From Candidatus Thorarchaeota archaeon (GTDB lineage Archaea; Asgardarchaeota; Thorarchaeia; Thorarchaeales; Thorarchaeaceae): a stretch of 64,000 nt of DNA. Positions 27,467-36,517 of this stretch are shown piece after piece (the stretch's first letter is position 1; each line of letters begins with the position of its first letter). Made by a program: the position numbers and the translations under genes. The notes below the pieces were generated by a model, which was not told where the DNA came from, made no database searches, and saw only the letters and a program-made list of their open reading frames with translations. Location: assembly GCA_003345545.1 (NCBI GenBank), contig PRDH01000015.1, positions 1-64,000 of the forward strand. The letters are read 5' to 3'.

Positions 27467-30400
27467 CTATTGCCTCCTCTGTCTCAATGGACTTGGCCCA
27501 AGCCGGTCTGCCAGTTCTGCAAACTCTTTCACAGTTTCGGCCCATATCGACCCTTCACTTGCACTGATATGTGTGAACTGCAGTCGATCGGTTTCGAGCC
27601 CGGCTTTCTCAATGATCTTCTTGGCAATAGCAAATCGACGCTCAAAGGATATGTTACCATCAACGTAATGGCAGTCTCCCACATGACATCCAGAGATCCA
27701 CACCATATCGGCGCCTAGTCTGAAAGCTTCCAAGATATGCTGTACGCTCACTCTTCCAGTACACATGACTCGTATGTCCCGGACATTAGAGGGCTGTTGA
27801 AAACGGGACACACCAGCACTGTCTGCGCCTGCGTACGAGCACCAATTGCAGAGAATCGTCAGGATCCTCAAGTCGTTAGCAGGCATGTTCTCCAATGCAC
27901 TGCGAATCTGCGTGAGTATCTGATCCTCGGTGAAGTGCTTCATAGTGATAGCACCCGAAGGACATCCAGCGCCACATTTCCCACATCCTTGGCATAGAAC
28001 CGGATTCGTCACTGCATAATCATGGCTCCCATCGCCAGGAACAACCTCGATTGCATTGTAGGCACAGTTGATCTCGCAGGTCCCACAACCAATACAGATC
28101 TCGGGATCAACTACTGAAACTATGGCCTCAGCCTTTCGAATTCCTCTGATGAGGGGAATCAGTGCCCTTGACGCTGCTGCTTGCCCTTGAGCGATGGACT
28201 CGCCGATGCTCTTTGGAGCGGTAGCAGCACCAGCAACAAACACACCATCAGTCTGGAAGTCTACCGGCCGTAGTTTCGGGTGAGCTTCCATGAAAAAGCC
28301 AGAGAGGTTGAGTGGTACCTTGAATAGCTCCGAGATCTCTTTATTCGGCCTTGGAACCATCGCAGTGGCAAGTATTGTATGATCGACGTCAATGATGAGT
28401 TCAGCACCCAGCACTTGATCCATCACAGTAATGCTCAGAGCTTTGTCACGCCCTTTCTTCACAGCAGGTAGTGAGTCCTTATCATACCTGACAAAGACGA
28501 CGCCCTTCTTGCGAGCTTCTCGGTACTTATCTTCTGCAGAGTAGAAAACTCGAAGATCACGGTAGAAATGGAACACACGGGAATTCGGGTATTTCTCAAC
28601 TAGTTCAAGTGTATGCTGCAAGGCAACGGTGCAACAGATTCCTGAGCACCATGTGCGGGCTCCTTCAAGTGACGCGTCCTCTCGCGAACCTGCACAATGA
28701 ATGACTGCGAAGGTCTCTCCATCATTGATGCCCTCTCCGCTTGCCACTCGCTTGTTGAATTCCACTTCAGTCATTACTTCGGGCAGTTTCTTGAGACCAA
28801 AGAGCCCTTTCTCTTCCAGAGCGATTGCTCCAGTCGCAACAATGACAATGCCAACAGTCAGCGATTCTCTCTTCTTTCCAGTCTTGATGACTACCTCGAA
28901 TTCGCCAATAGAACCCTTTGCCTCAACGACCTCGGAGTTCAACATGATTGTAACGTTCTCGTTTCCAGTGATTCTAGACTCATAGTCAGCTATGATTTCT
29001 GAAGCAGGAGTATGGGTGAAATTGACCGTGGCAAGCTCGTTGAGGAATCCACCAACCCGGTCCTGTTTCTCTACTAGATAGACCTTGAAGCCCTTCTGAG
29101 CAATGATATCAGATGCAGCCATTCCAGCGACTCCAGCACCAATAACAAGGACAGATGGCCCAATCTGGGTCACCGCCTCTTCCTGTGCCTCCAGTAGTCT
29201 GGCTCGACCAACTGACATTCGCACCAGATCCATGGCCTTCGAGGTCGCTTCATCCTTGTCAGCCTGGTGAATCCATGCACAGTGCTCGCGGATGTTTGCC
29301 AATTCGAATAGATACTTGTTCAGTCCTGCTTCTTCAATCGTCGCTCTGAACAATGGCTCATGAGTTCGGGGAGTACATGATGCTACAACTAACCGGTTGA
29401 GCTTGTGCTCCTTAATCGCATCCTTGATTACGACTTGAGCGTCTGAAGAACAGGAGTAGAGGAGATTCTTGGCAAACACAACATTGGGAAGTTCGCTTGC
29501 ATACCGAGTGACCTCTGCAACATCTACGGTTCCTGCTATATTGATTCCACATGAGCATACAATCACGCCAATACGTGGCTCTGCTGTCAATAGCTCAAGG
29601 TCTTCTTTTGTAAGAGCGTCTGTTTCATCGCCCTTAGGGATTGTTAAATCCATTGCAGCTAGAGCTGCAGCAGCGCTACCATGCGCAACAGAATCGGGAA
29701 TGTCCTTGGGCATATGAACAGCCCCACACATGTGAACTCCAGGTACTCCAGTTTCAGAAATCATCAGTGATTTCAGGTCTGGTTGTATGAATCCAGACTC
29801 ATCTTTCTCGATGCCCAATTGCTCGAATATCCCCGAGTCCGAAGAAGGCACCATTGCGGGACAAAGAACAACGAGATCATACGTATCTAAGAGAACTTCA
29901 TGACCCTTGGTATTACTGTGCCGGACTAGAAGGTTCTTAGTGCCGTATTCCTCCTGTATCTCACTCGGCAGCCCCCTCACAAAGTGAATATCATATTCAG
30001 TTTCGCCCCTCACAAGGAACTCCTCAAAGCCCTTGCCGAATGCGCGCATATCATTATAGAGGATGTCAATATGTACGTCAGGAGTGTGTTCCTTAGTAAT
30101 GATTGCCTCCTTGGTCGCATACGTACAACAGATCCTTGAGCAATAGGAACAGTGATTGACGTCTCTCGAGCCCACACATTGAATGAATGCAATCCTATGA
30201 GGTTCGCGGCCATCAGAGGGACGCATGACGATACCTCGGGTCGGACCGCTGGCCGATACCATTCGTTCATACTCCAATGCACTTACAACATTGCCATAGC
30301 GTCCATAACCATACTCAGGCACTGTGGTTGGATTGAGAAGCTCGTACCCAGTCGCTATAATGATTGACCCAGCATCAATCACCTTGGTTTCGTCAGCAAT

Positions 30401-30922
30401 ATCAAAGTTAATCGCCTCTGCTTTGCAGGTCTTCACACAGGTCATGCACTCAATGCAATTTGCAGCATCTATCGTAGCAATGTTTGGAACAGCCTGTGGA
30501 AAGGGAATGTATGCAGCCTTTCTCATCTTGAGACCGAGGTCATATTCGTTAGGAACCTCAATTGGGCATACCCTCTGACATTCACCACAGCCTGTGCATT
30601 TCTTGGCATCAACGCGGCGTGTATGTTTCAGCACATCGACTTTGAAATCACCTGTTGTACCCGTAATTCCAGTGACTTCAGAATAGGCAAGAATCTCAAT
30701 ATTCGGATGACGCGAGCAGTCAACCATCCAGGGTCCTTGAATACACATGCTGCAGTCCAATGTCGGGAAGGTCTTATCCAGCTGGGACATGTGACCTCCA
30801 ATCGAGGGTTTCTTCTCGACAAGAAAGACCTTGACTCCCATTCCTGCGAGGTCAAGTGCGGCACGCATTCCTGAGATACCAGCTCCAATTATGACGACTG
30901 GTTTTGATATGGGCTCTGCCAT
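27467..30922 (-). CDS. hdrA: Tandem HdrA-HdrA fused to C-terminal MvhD
   Basis: GAGISG, KTFPTLDCSMC, ferredoxin insert, second HdrA unit (RIGVIVCSCG, GAGVAG), C-terminal ferredoxin, MvhD motifs CNWCSYAGAD/RVMCTGRV/GCHVGDCHY. Confidence 0.94.
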   Translation of the reverse strand: MAEPISKPVVIIGAGISGMRAALDLAGMGVKVFLVEKKPSIGGHMSQLDKTFPTLDCSMCIQGPWMVDCSRHPNIEILAYSEVTGITGTTGDFKVDVLKHTRRVDAKKCTGCGECQRVCPIEVPNEYDLGLKMRKAAYIPFPQAVPNIATIDAANCIECMTCVKTCKAEAINFDIADETKVIDAGSIIIATGYELLNPTTVPEYGYGRYGNVVSALEYERMVSASGPTRGIVMRPSDGREPHRIAFIQCVGSRDVNHCSYCSRICCTYATKEAIITKEHTPDVHIDILYNDMRAFGKGFEEFLVRGETEYDIHFVRGLPSEIQEEYGTKNLLVRHSNTKGHEVLLDTYDLVVLCPAMVPSSDSGIFEQLGIEKDESGFIQPDLKSLMISETGVPGVHMCGAVHMPKDIPDSVAHGSAAAALAAMDLTIPKGDETDALTKEDLELLTAEPRIGVIVCSCGINIAGTVDVAEVTRYASELPNVVFAKNLLYSCSSDAQVVIKDAIKEHKLNRLVVASCTPRTHEPLFRATIEEAGLNKYLFELANIREHCAWIHQADKDEATSKAMDLVRMSVGRARLLEAQEEAVTQIGPSVLVIGAGVAGMAASDIIAQKGFKVYLVEKQDRVGGFLNELATVNFTHTPASEIIADYESRITGNENVTIMLNSEVVEAKGSIGEFEVVIKTGKKRESLTVGIVIVATGAIALEEKGLFGLKKLPEVMTEVEFNKRVASGEGINDGETFAVIHCAGSREDASLEGARTWCSGICCTVALQHTLELVEKYPNSRVFHFYRDLRVFYSAEDKYREARKKGVVFVRYDKDSLPAVKKGRDKALSITVMDQVLGAELIIDVDHTILATAMVPRPNKEISELFKVPLNLSGFFMEAHPKLRPVDFQTDGVFVAGAATAPKSIGESIAQGQAAASRALIPLIRGIRKAEAIVSVVDPEICIGCGTCEINCAYNAIEVVPGDGSHDYAVTNPVLCQGCGKCGAGCPSGAITMKHFTEDQILTQIRSALENMPANDLRILTILCNWCSYAGADSAGVSRFQQPSNVRDIRVMCTGRVSVQHILEAFRLGADMVWISGCHVGDCHYVDGNISFERRFAIAKKIIEKAGLETDRLQFTHISASEGSIWAETVKEFAELADRLGPSPLRQRRQ

Positions 30923-31301
30923 TGTACCGTCTCTCCGAAGAGGTGTCGCGTTGATTCAAGATTGCCCGATAAAATGTTTCGCATTGAGCAGTAGTCAAAA
31001 CCGCAAGGTTGCGCTCCTTGATTGGCGCCAATCCTTTGGAATTAACAATTCTTAATGCATGCTCTTAATACAACGTCAGTAACGTCTTGAGATTATGAAG
31101 GCCGCTAGACTCTACACGCGAGTCTATCTGGCGCGTACAAAGGACCGCCGGGAGATTGGAGCACTGGATGATCTCAGCAAGATTGAGATTGTGATCTTCA
31201 CACCTCCACAGTTCAGACTCGAATGAAGCAAGCATGCAGGAATACAACATTCGGTAATCGCGCAGGCAGCAGCAAGGATTTATGCCCATAAGTTGCGGAT
31301 G

Positions 31302-31370
31302 GCCCCACCGAAAGGGGCAGACTGAAAGCCCTCGACCCGCTCTTACGACAGAGAGAGGTTTCGGAGTACC
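31302..31370 (+). promoter_or_regulatory. Structured 5' leader of the aconitase-ACL-IDH operon (putative cis-regulatory RNA)
   Basis: Lies after a TTTATG box (31279-31284). Helices GCCCC/GGGGC, or alternatively CCGAAA/TTTCGG + GGGGC/GCCCT + CTCT/AGAG. Confidence 0.4.
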
Positions 31371-31393
31371 TAGCAATAGAAGGCGCTCGTGCA

Positions 31394-33340
31394 ATGACCT
31401 CAGTTGCAAGAAAGATACTATCTGAACACATTATGTCAGGGTCCGCTTCACTTCGCCCTGGCGATGAAATTGGGCTGAAGATTGACCGCACACTGACTCA
31501 AGATGCTACTGGAACTCTAGCATATCTCCAATTCGAGGCAATTGGCCTGGAGAAAGTTCGAACTGAGCTGTCAGTTTCATTTGTTGACCATAACACATTG
31601 CAGACAGACTTCAGGAATCCTGACGACCATCGATACTTGCAGACTGTGGCTGCAAAGTATGGCATTCTTTTCTCAAGACCAGGAAACGGAATATGCCACC
31701 AGGTGTTCTTGGAGCGATTTTCGAAACCGGGAGAAACGCTAATTGGATCGGACTCGCACACACCAACAGCAGGCGGGGCAGGGATGATCGCGATAGGAGC
31801 TGGTGGCCTGGATGTTGCGGTGGCGATGGGAGGCGGAGCGTACTATCTGAAGACACCGGAGATCGTCGGTGTGAAACTCTATGGAAGAATGCCGGACTAT
31901 GTTTCAGCAAAGGATGTCATTCTTGAGGTCTTACGAAGGTTGAAGGTGGACGGAGGAGTAGACAAGATACTTGAGTACTTTGGCCCAGGGATTAAGCAGC
32001 TGTCTGTTCCGGAAAGAGCTACTATTACGAATATGGGAGCTGAAACTGGCGCAACGACATCCGTGTTTCCCTCAGACGAGATAACAAGAGAATTCCTGAA
32101 GATGCAACAGAGAGCCCATGATTGGGTGGAGATTCCGGAGGCCAACGAGAAGGATTTTGACGAAGTCATCACAATAGACCTGAGTAAGCTTGAGCCATTT
32201 ATAGCGAAGCCTCACTCGCCTGACAATGTTGTTCCTCTCTCGGAGCTAATTGGATTGAAGGTTGATCAGGTGGCCATAGGCTCATGCACTAACTCCTCAC
32301 TCAAAGACATGCTCACTGTGGCGGCGCTGCTCAAGGGAAGAAAGATACATCCAAATACCGTTCTAGGTGTGTCGCCTGGTTCTCGTCAAGTATTGGAGTA
32401 CATCGCTGAGAACGGTCAGCTTGCAGACATGATTTCAGCTGGAGCCAGGATTCTCGAGAGCGCCTGCGGCCCGTGCATTGGAATGGGTTTTGCACCACCC
32501 TCAACAGGAGTTTCATTGAGAACCTTCAATCGCAATTTCAAAGGAAGAAGCGGGACTGCAGATGCTCAGGTCTATCTGGTGAGTCCTGAGGTCGCAGTAG
32601 CAGCCGCCATCTATGGAGAGATAACGGATCCACGGAAGCTCGGACCACCCCCAAGAGTTGAGATGCCTTTGAAAATAAACGTCGATGACTCAATGATAAT
32701 CAGGCCATCAAACACACCTAGCAGCGTTGAGATTATTCGGGGGCCAAACATCGTACAACTTCCGAAGATGGTACCACTCCCGGACAGTCTACCAGCCATG
32801 CAGGTGCTGATCAAACTTGGAGATGATATCACGACTGACCAGATTATGCCAGCGGGAGCAAAGATACTGCCATTGCGATCGAATCTGCCTGAAATCAGCA
32901 TGCATGTCTTTGAGCAAGTGGATCCATCATTTGTATCAACAGCCTTGCGAGCAAAGGAACAGGGCGGAGGTATCATACTTGCCGGTAACAACTATGGTCA
33001 GGGCTCTAGTAGAGAACATGCTGCGCTTGCACCAATGTATCTTGGAGTAAAGCTTGTCCTTGCAAAGTCTTTTGCCAGAATTCACAAGGCCAACCTAGTC
33101 AATTTTGGAATCTTGCCCTGTACAATAGACGACCCTACACTATTCGAGAAGATAGATCCAGGCGATACTCTTGAAATGAAGAGAATTCGTCAGGCTCTCA
33201 AGGAGGGAAGAACACATCTCTCTCTCACTAATAAGGCGAAGGGTATCAAGATACCCATGACATGTGAACTCACTGAACGTGAGAAGAACATTATCCTGGC
33301 AGGAGGCCTTCTCAACTATACCAGAGAGGGAGGAATCTGA
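31394..33340 (+). CDS. acn: Aconitate hydratase (single-chain, ~650 aa)
   Basis: TQDATGT, DHN, GICHQ, GSDSHT, GSCTNSS, CGPCIG, FNRNF, GQGSSREHA. Confidence 0.93.
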   Translation: MTSVARKILSEHIMSGSASLRPGDEIGLKIDRTLTQDATGTLAYLQFEAIGLEKVRTELSVSFVDHNTLQTDFRNPDDHRYLQTVAAKYGILFSRPGNGICHQVFLERFSKPGETLIGSDSHTPTAGGAGMIAIGAGGLDVAVAMGGGAYYLKTPEIVGVKLYGRMPDYVSAKDVILEVLRRLKVDGGVDKILEYFGPGIKQLSVPERATITNMGAETGATTSVFPSDEITREFLKMQQRAHDWVEIPEANEKDFDEVITIDLSKLEPFIAKPHSPDNVVPLSELIGLKVDQVAIGSCTNSSLKDMLTVAALLKGRKIHPNTVLGVSPGSRQVLEYIAENGQLADMISAGARILESACGPCIGMGFAPPSTGVSLRTFNRNFKGRSGTADAQVYLVSPEVAVAAAIYGEITDPRKLGPPPRVEMPLKINVDDSMIIRPSNTPSSVEIIRGPNIVQLPKMVPLPDSLPAMQVLIKLGDDITTDQIMPAGAKILPLRSNLPEISMHVFEQVDPSFVSTALRAKEQGGGIILAGNNYGQGSSREHAALAPMYLGVKLVLAKSFARIHKANLVNFGILPCTIDDPTLFEKIDPGDTLEMKRIRQALKEGRTHLSLTNKAKGIKIPMTCELTEREKNIILAGGLLNYTREGGI

Positions 33341-33359
33341 ATCCGCAGGAGGAACATCA

Positions 33360-34643
33360 ATGGCACAGAAATCAATCTATGAGTATTCAGCAAAGATACT
33401 GATTGCCAATGAATTGGAGAAGCACTTTCCGGAATTCAGATACCACCGAAAGCTTGCTGTAATAACTCCAGACACCAAATGGGCGAAACTAGAGAAAGAC
33501 CATCCATGGTTGAAGACTGACAGACTAGTAGCCAAACCTGACCAGCTCTTTGGCAAACGAGGAAAAGCAAACCTCCTTCTTCTCAATGCCAACCTGAGTG
33601 AATTGAAGCAGTTCATGAAAGAAAAGCTGGGCAAGGAAATTGAGGTTGGAGGAGTAAGAGGAGAGCTTACGAGATTCCTAGTTGAGCCATTTATTCACCA
33701 TGAGAAAGAGCTGTACGTGTCCATAACCTCGGACAGGAAGAACGACATTGTCCACTTCTCCTTTGAGGGCGGGGTATTCGTAGAAGAGAATTGGGACAAG
33801 GTAATCCATATTCCAATTCCTATTGGAACAGACATCAATGCCATTGATTTGGAGAGCAAGATCAAGGGCTTAGGTACTCTGGCACATTCTGTCATCCCAT
33901 TCATCAGGGGATTATTCCAAGTATATTGTGAGCAAGACTTCGCATTTCTGGAGATCAATCCATTTGCCATTACAAAAGACGGTCTTGTTGTGCCATTGGA
34001 CATGAAAGCACGCCTTGATGACACAGCTGCGTTCAGACATACTGACACGTGGGGAAATCCTGAGAATCCAATTGCGTTCCCAGTATCTTTCGGGCAAAAG
34101 CACTCCAAAGAGGAGGAGTTCATTCAGAGCCTCCAAGTGCAGACGGGTTCATCTTTGAAACTTACGATTCTTAACAGGGAAGGTCACATCTGGACAATGG
34201 TCGCAGGTGGAGGTGCGAGCGTCATCTATGCCGACACGATTGTTGACCTTGGTTTCGGCAATGAACTGGCTAACTATGGGGAATACAGCGGGAATCCCAC
34301 TCGTGAACACACCGAGTTGTATGCACAGACTCTCATAGACCTCATGACAGAGAAACCAGACCCAGAGAAGAGACCCAAATTCCTCTTGATTGGCGGTGGT
34401 ATTGCTAACTTCACTGATGTAAAAGCAACGTTTCAGGGAATTGTGAGCGCATTACGAAGGTCGGCAGAGAAGCTGAAAGAAACAAATGTCAGAATCTATG
34501 TGAGACGTGGAGGGCCTAATGAAGCTGAGGGCCTTCAACTTATGCGCGATGTCGGTAAGGAGATTGGTATCCCCATTGAGGTCTATGATAGATATACGCA
34601 CATGACGAGAATTGTTCCTCTTGCGCTGAAGGGGGTCAAGTAG
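33360..34643 (+). CDS. aclB: ATP citrate lyase, ATP-grasp/citrate-binding subunit
   Basis: LVAKPDQLFGKRGK, LEINP, SLKLTILN, WTMVAGGGASVIYADT, NYGEYSG, GGGIANFT, RRGGPN. Start ATG 33360 behind GGAGG. Confidence 0.94.
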   Translation: MAQKSIYEYSAKILIANELEKHFPEFRYHRKLAVITPDTKWAKLEKDHPWLKTDRLVAKPDQLFGKRGKANLLLLNANLSELKQFMKEKLGKEIEVGGVRGELTRFLVEPFIHHEKELYVSITSDRKNDIVHFSFEGGVFVEENWDKVIHIPIPIGTDINAIDLESKIKGLGTLAHSVIPFIRGLFQVYCEQDFAFLEINPFAITKDGLVVPLDMKARLDDTAAFRHTDTWGNPENPIAFPVSFGQKHSKEEEFIQSLQVQTGSSLKLTILNREGHIWTMVAGGGASVIYADTIVDLGFGNELANYGEYSGNPTREHTELYAQTLIDLMTEKPDPEKRPKFLLIGGGIANFTDVKATFQGIVSALRRSAEKLKETNVRIYVRRGGPNEAEGLQLMRDVGKEIGIPIEVYDRYTHMTRIVPLALKGVK

Positions 34644-34644
34644 A

Positions 34645-36483
34645 ATGGACAAGTATGAGCTGTTCAACAAGAATACTCAAGCGATTATTCATGGCTTTCA
34701 GGCCGATGCCATCCAAAGAATGCTCGACTTTGATTTCGTCTGCAAAAGAAGTACGCCCAGTGTAGCGGCTGTAGTTCGTGCTTCCCAGGAGGGCGCCATG
34801 GAATATCACAAGGTCTTTTGGGGCAGCAAGGAGATTGTGATTCCAATCTATAAGACTCTGGATTTGGCGGTGAAGAAACATCCAAACGCAGACGTGTTAA
34901 TCAATTTCTCGTCGTTCAGATCTGCATTTCCGACATCCAAGGAAGCCCTTGAAACAGATACAATCAGAACAATTGTGATTATCGCAGAAGGAGTCCCAGA
35001 ACGTCAGAGTAGAGAACTCATTGAAATAGCCGAGAAGAGGAAGAAGATCATCATAGGACCAGCAACAGTAGGAGGACTTCTTGCAGGGGCCTTCAAGATA
35101 GCTAATACCGCAGGTACAATTGATAACATCATCAAATCAAAGCTCTATAGACCGGGAAGCGTGGGATTCGTGTCAAAGTCGGGCGGTATGAGCAATGAGA
35201 TGTATTTCATGATTGCCCAGAACTCCGATGGCATCTATGAAGGAATAGCAGTCGGTGGAGATCGGTATCCTGGCTCAACACTAGTTGATCATATTCTGCG
35301 ATTTGAAGCCAACCCCAGAGTCAAGATGATTGTGTGCCTGGGGGAAGTCGGAGGGAGAGATGAGTACGCAATCGTTGATGCCATCAAGGTTGGGAAGGTG
35401 AAAAAGCCACTTGTCATGTGGGTCACAGGAACTTGCTCTAAGATTTTCCCAGCTGGAGTTCAGTTTGGGCATGCAGGAGCCATGGCAGGAACAGATATGG
35501 AAACTGCCGATGCAAAGAACAAAGCGCTGGCACACGTTGGCGTGATAGTACCACAGTCGTTTGATGACTTCGGTGATAGGATTCGGGAGACCTTCGAGAG
35601 GCTGAAGTCGGAGGGACGAATCGAGCCTATAGAGGAGTTCACTCCACCTGAGCTGCCCATGGATTTCAATAAAGCTCTTGCGAAAGGACTTGTAAGAAGA
35701 CCAACTGACGTTGTAACCACAATATCGAATGAAACAGGTGATGTGCTGACCTATAACGGTGTACCGATTGACAAAATCATCAGAGAAGACCTCTCGATAG
35801 GCTATGTGATAGGTCATCTCTGGTTCAAGAAGGAACTCCCACTGTTTGCTCAGAAATACATCGAAATCGTGCTAAAGTTGACTGCAGATCATGGTCCAGC
35901 TGTGTCAGGTGCACATAATGCGATTGTGGCTGTGCGTGCAGGGAAAGATCTCATGTCTTCGCTGGCCTCTGGCATCCTGACCATTGGCCCCAGATTTGGG
36001 GGAGCCATCTCAGATGCTGCAAAGTACTTCAAAGACGCACATGATTCAGGCAAGACTCCGCAGGAGTTCATTGACTACATGAAGGACGTAATAGGCATCA
36101 ATATACCTGGAATTGGACACCGTGTGAAATCAGTGCAAAACCCAGATGTCCGCGTTGAGCTGCTGAAGGAATTTGTTCGTAACAACTTTCCGAACCATCC
36201 CTACCTTGACTATGCACTTGAAGTTGAAAAATTAACCACTGTCAAGCGGAATAATCTGATTCTCAATGTGGACGGGTGCATAGGAATTTGCTTCTTGGAC
36301 CTCATGGAGAATCTTGACCTAACTCTGGAAGAAAAACAAGACATTCTGGATACTGAGATGCTGAATGGGTTGTTCGTTCTGGGGCGTTCAATTGGGATGA
36401 TGGGGCACATCTTCGATCAGAAGAGGCAACGTGCAGACCTGTACAGACAGCCCTGGGATGAGATTCTGTACACCACAAAATAG
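34645..36483 (+). CDS. aclA: ATP citrate lyase, CoA-binding/citryl-CoA lyase subunit
   Basis: QRMLDFD, IIAEGVPE, IIGPATVGG, SKSGGMSNE, QFGHAGA (phospho-His), ADHGPAVSGAHN, PGIGHRVKS, ILNVDG. Confidence 0.95.
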   Translation: MDKYELFNKNTQAIIHGFQADAIQRMLDFDFVCKRSTPSVAAVVRASQEGAMEYHKVFWGSKEIVIPIYKTLDLAVKKHPNADVLINFSSFRSAFPTSKEALETDTIRTIVIIAEGVPERQSRELIEIAEKRKKIIIGPATVGGLLAGAFKIANTAGTIDNIIKSKLYRPGSVGFVSKSGGMSNEMYFMIAQNSDGIYEGIAVGGDRYPGSTLVDHILRFEANPRVKMIVCLGEVGGRDEYAIVDAIKVGKVKKPLVMWVTGTCSKIFPAGVQFGHAGAMAGTDMETADAKNKALAHVGVIVPQSFDDFGDRIRETFERLKSEGRIEPIEEFTPPELPMDFNKALAKGLVRRPTDVVTTISNETGDVLTYNGVPIDKIIREDLSIGYVIGHLWFKKELPLFAQKYIEIVLKLTADHGPAVSGAHNAIVAVRAGKDLMSSLASGILTIGPRFGGAISDAAKYFKDAHDSGKTPQEFIDYMKDVIGINIPGIGHRVKSVQNPDVRVELLKEFVRNNFPNHPYLDYALEVEKLTTVKRNNLILNVDGCIGICFLDLMENLDLTLEEKQDILDTEMLNGLFVLGRSIGMMGHIFDQKRQRADLYRQPWDEILYTTK

Positions 36484-36517
36484 AATTCGAATTCAAAGAG
36501 AAGAGAGAGTCTATGAA

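Noticed and set aside
22807-30922. Selenocysteine in HdrA/MvhD (known selenoprotein families in some archaea, including Asgard)
   Set aside because: The usual Sec positions (DCSMC, ECSAC, CNWC, GCH..DCH) are Cys codons and the ORFs have no internal TGA, so no SECIS is needed.
31150-31390. RNase P RNA or SRP RNA in the hdrA-acn intergenic region
   Set aside because: No GAGGAAAGTCC...GGCTTA P4 signature and no SRP helix-8 CAGG-GGAA-AGCA motif on either strand; kept only as a structured leader.
31200-31393. Iron-responsive element upstream of aconitase
   Set aside because: No CAGTGN-looped hairpin was found.
31065-31491. ORFs 31065..31409 and 31213..31491 on the minus strand
   Set aside because: They overlap the aconitase start and leader, have non-protein-like composition, and match no family.
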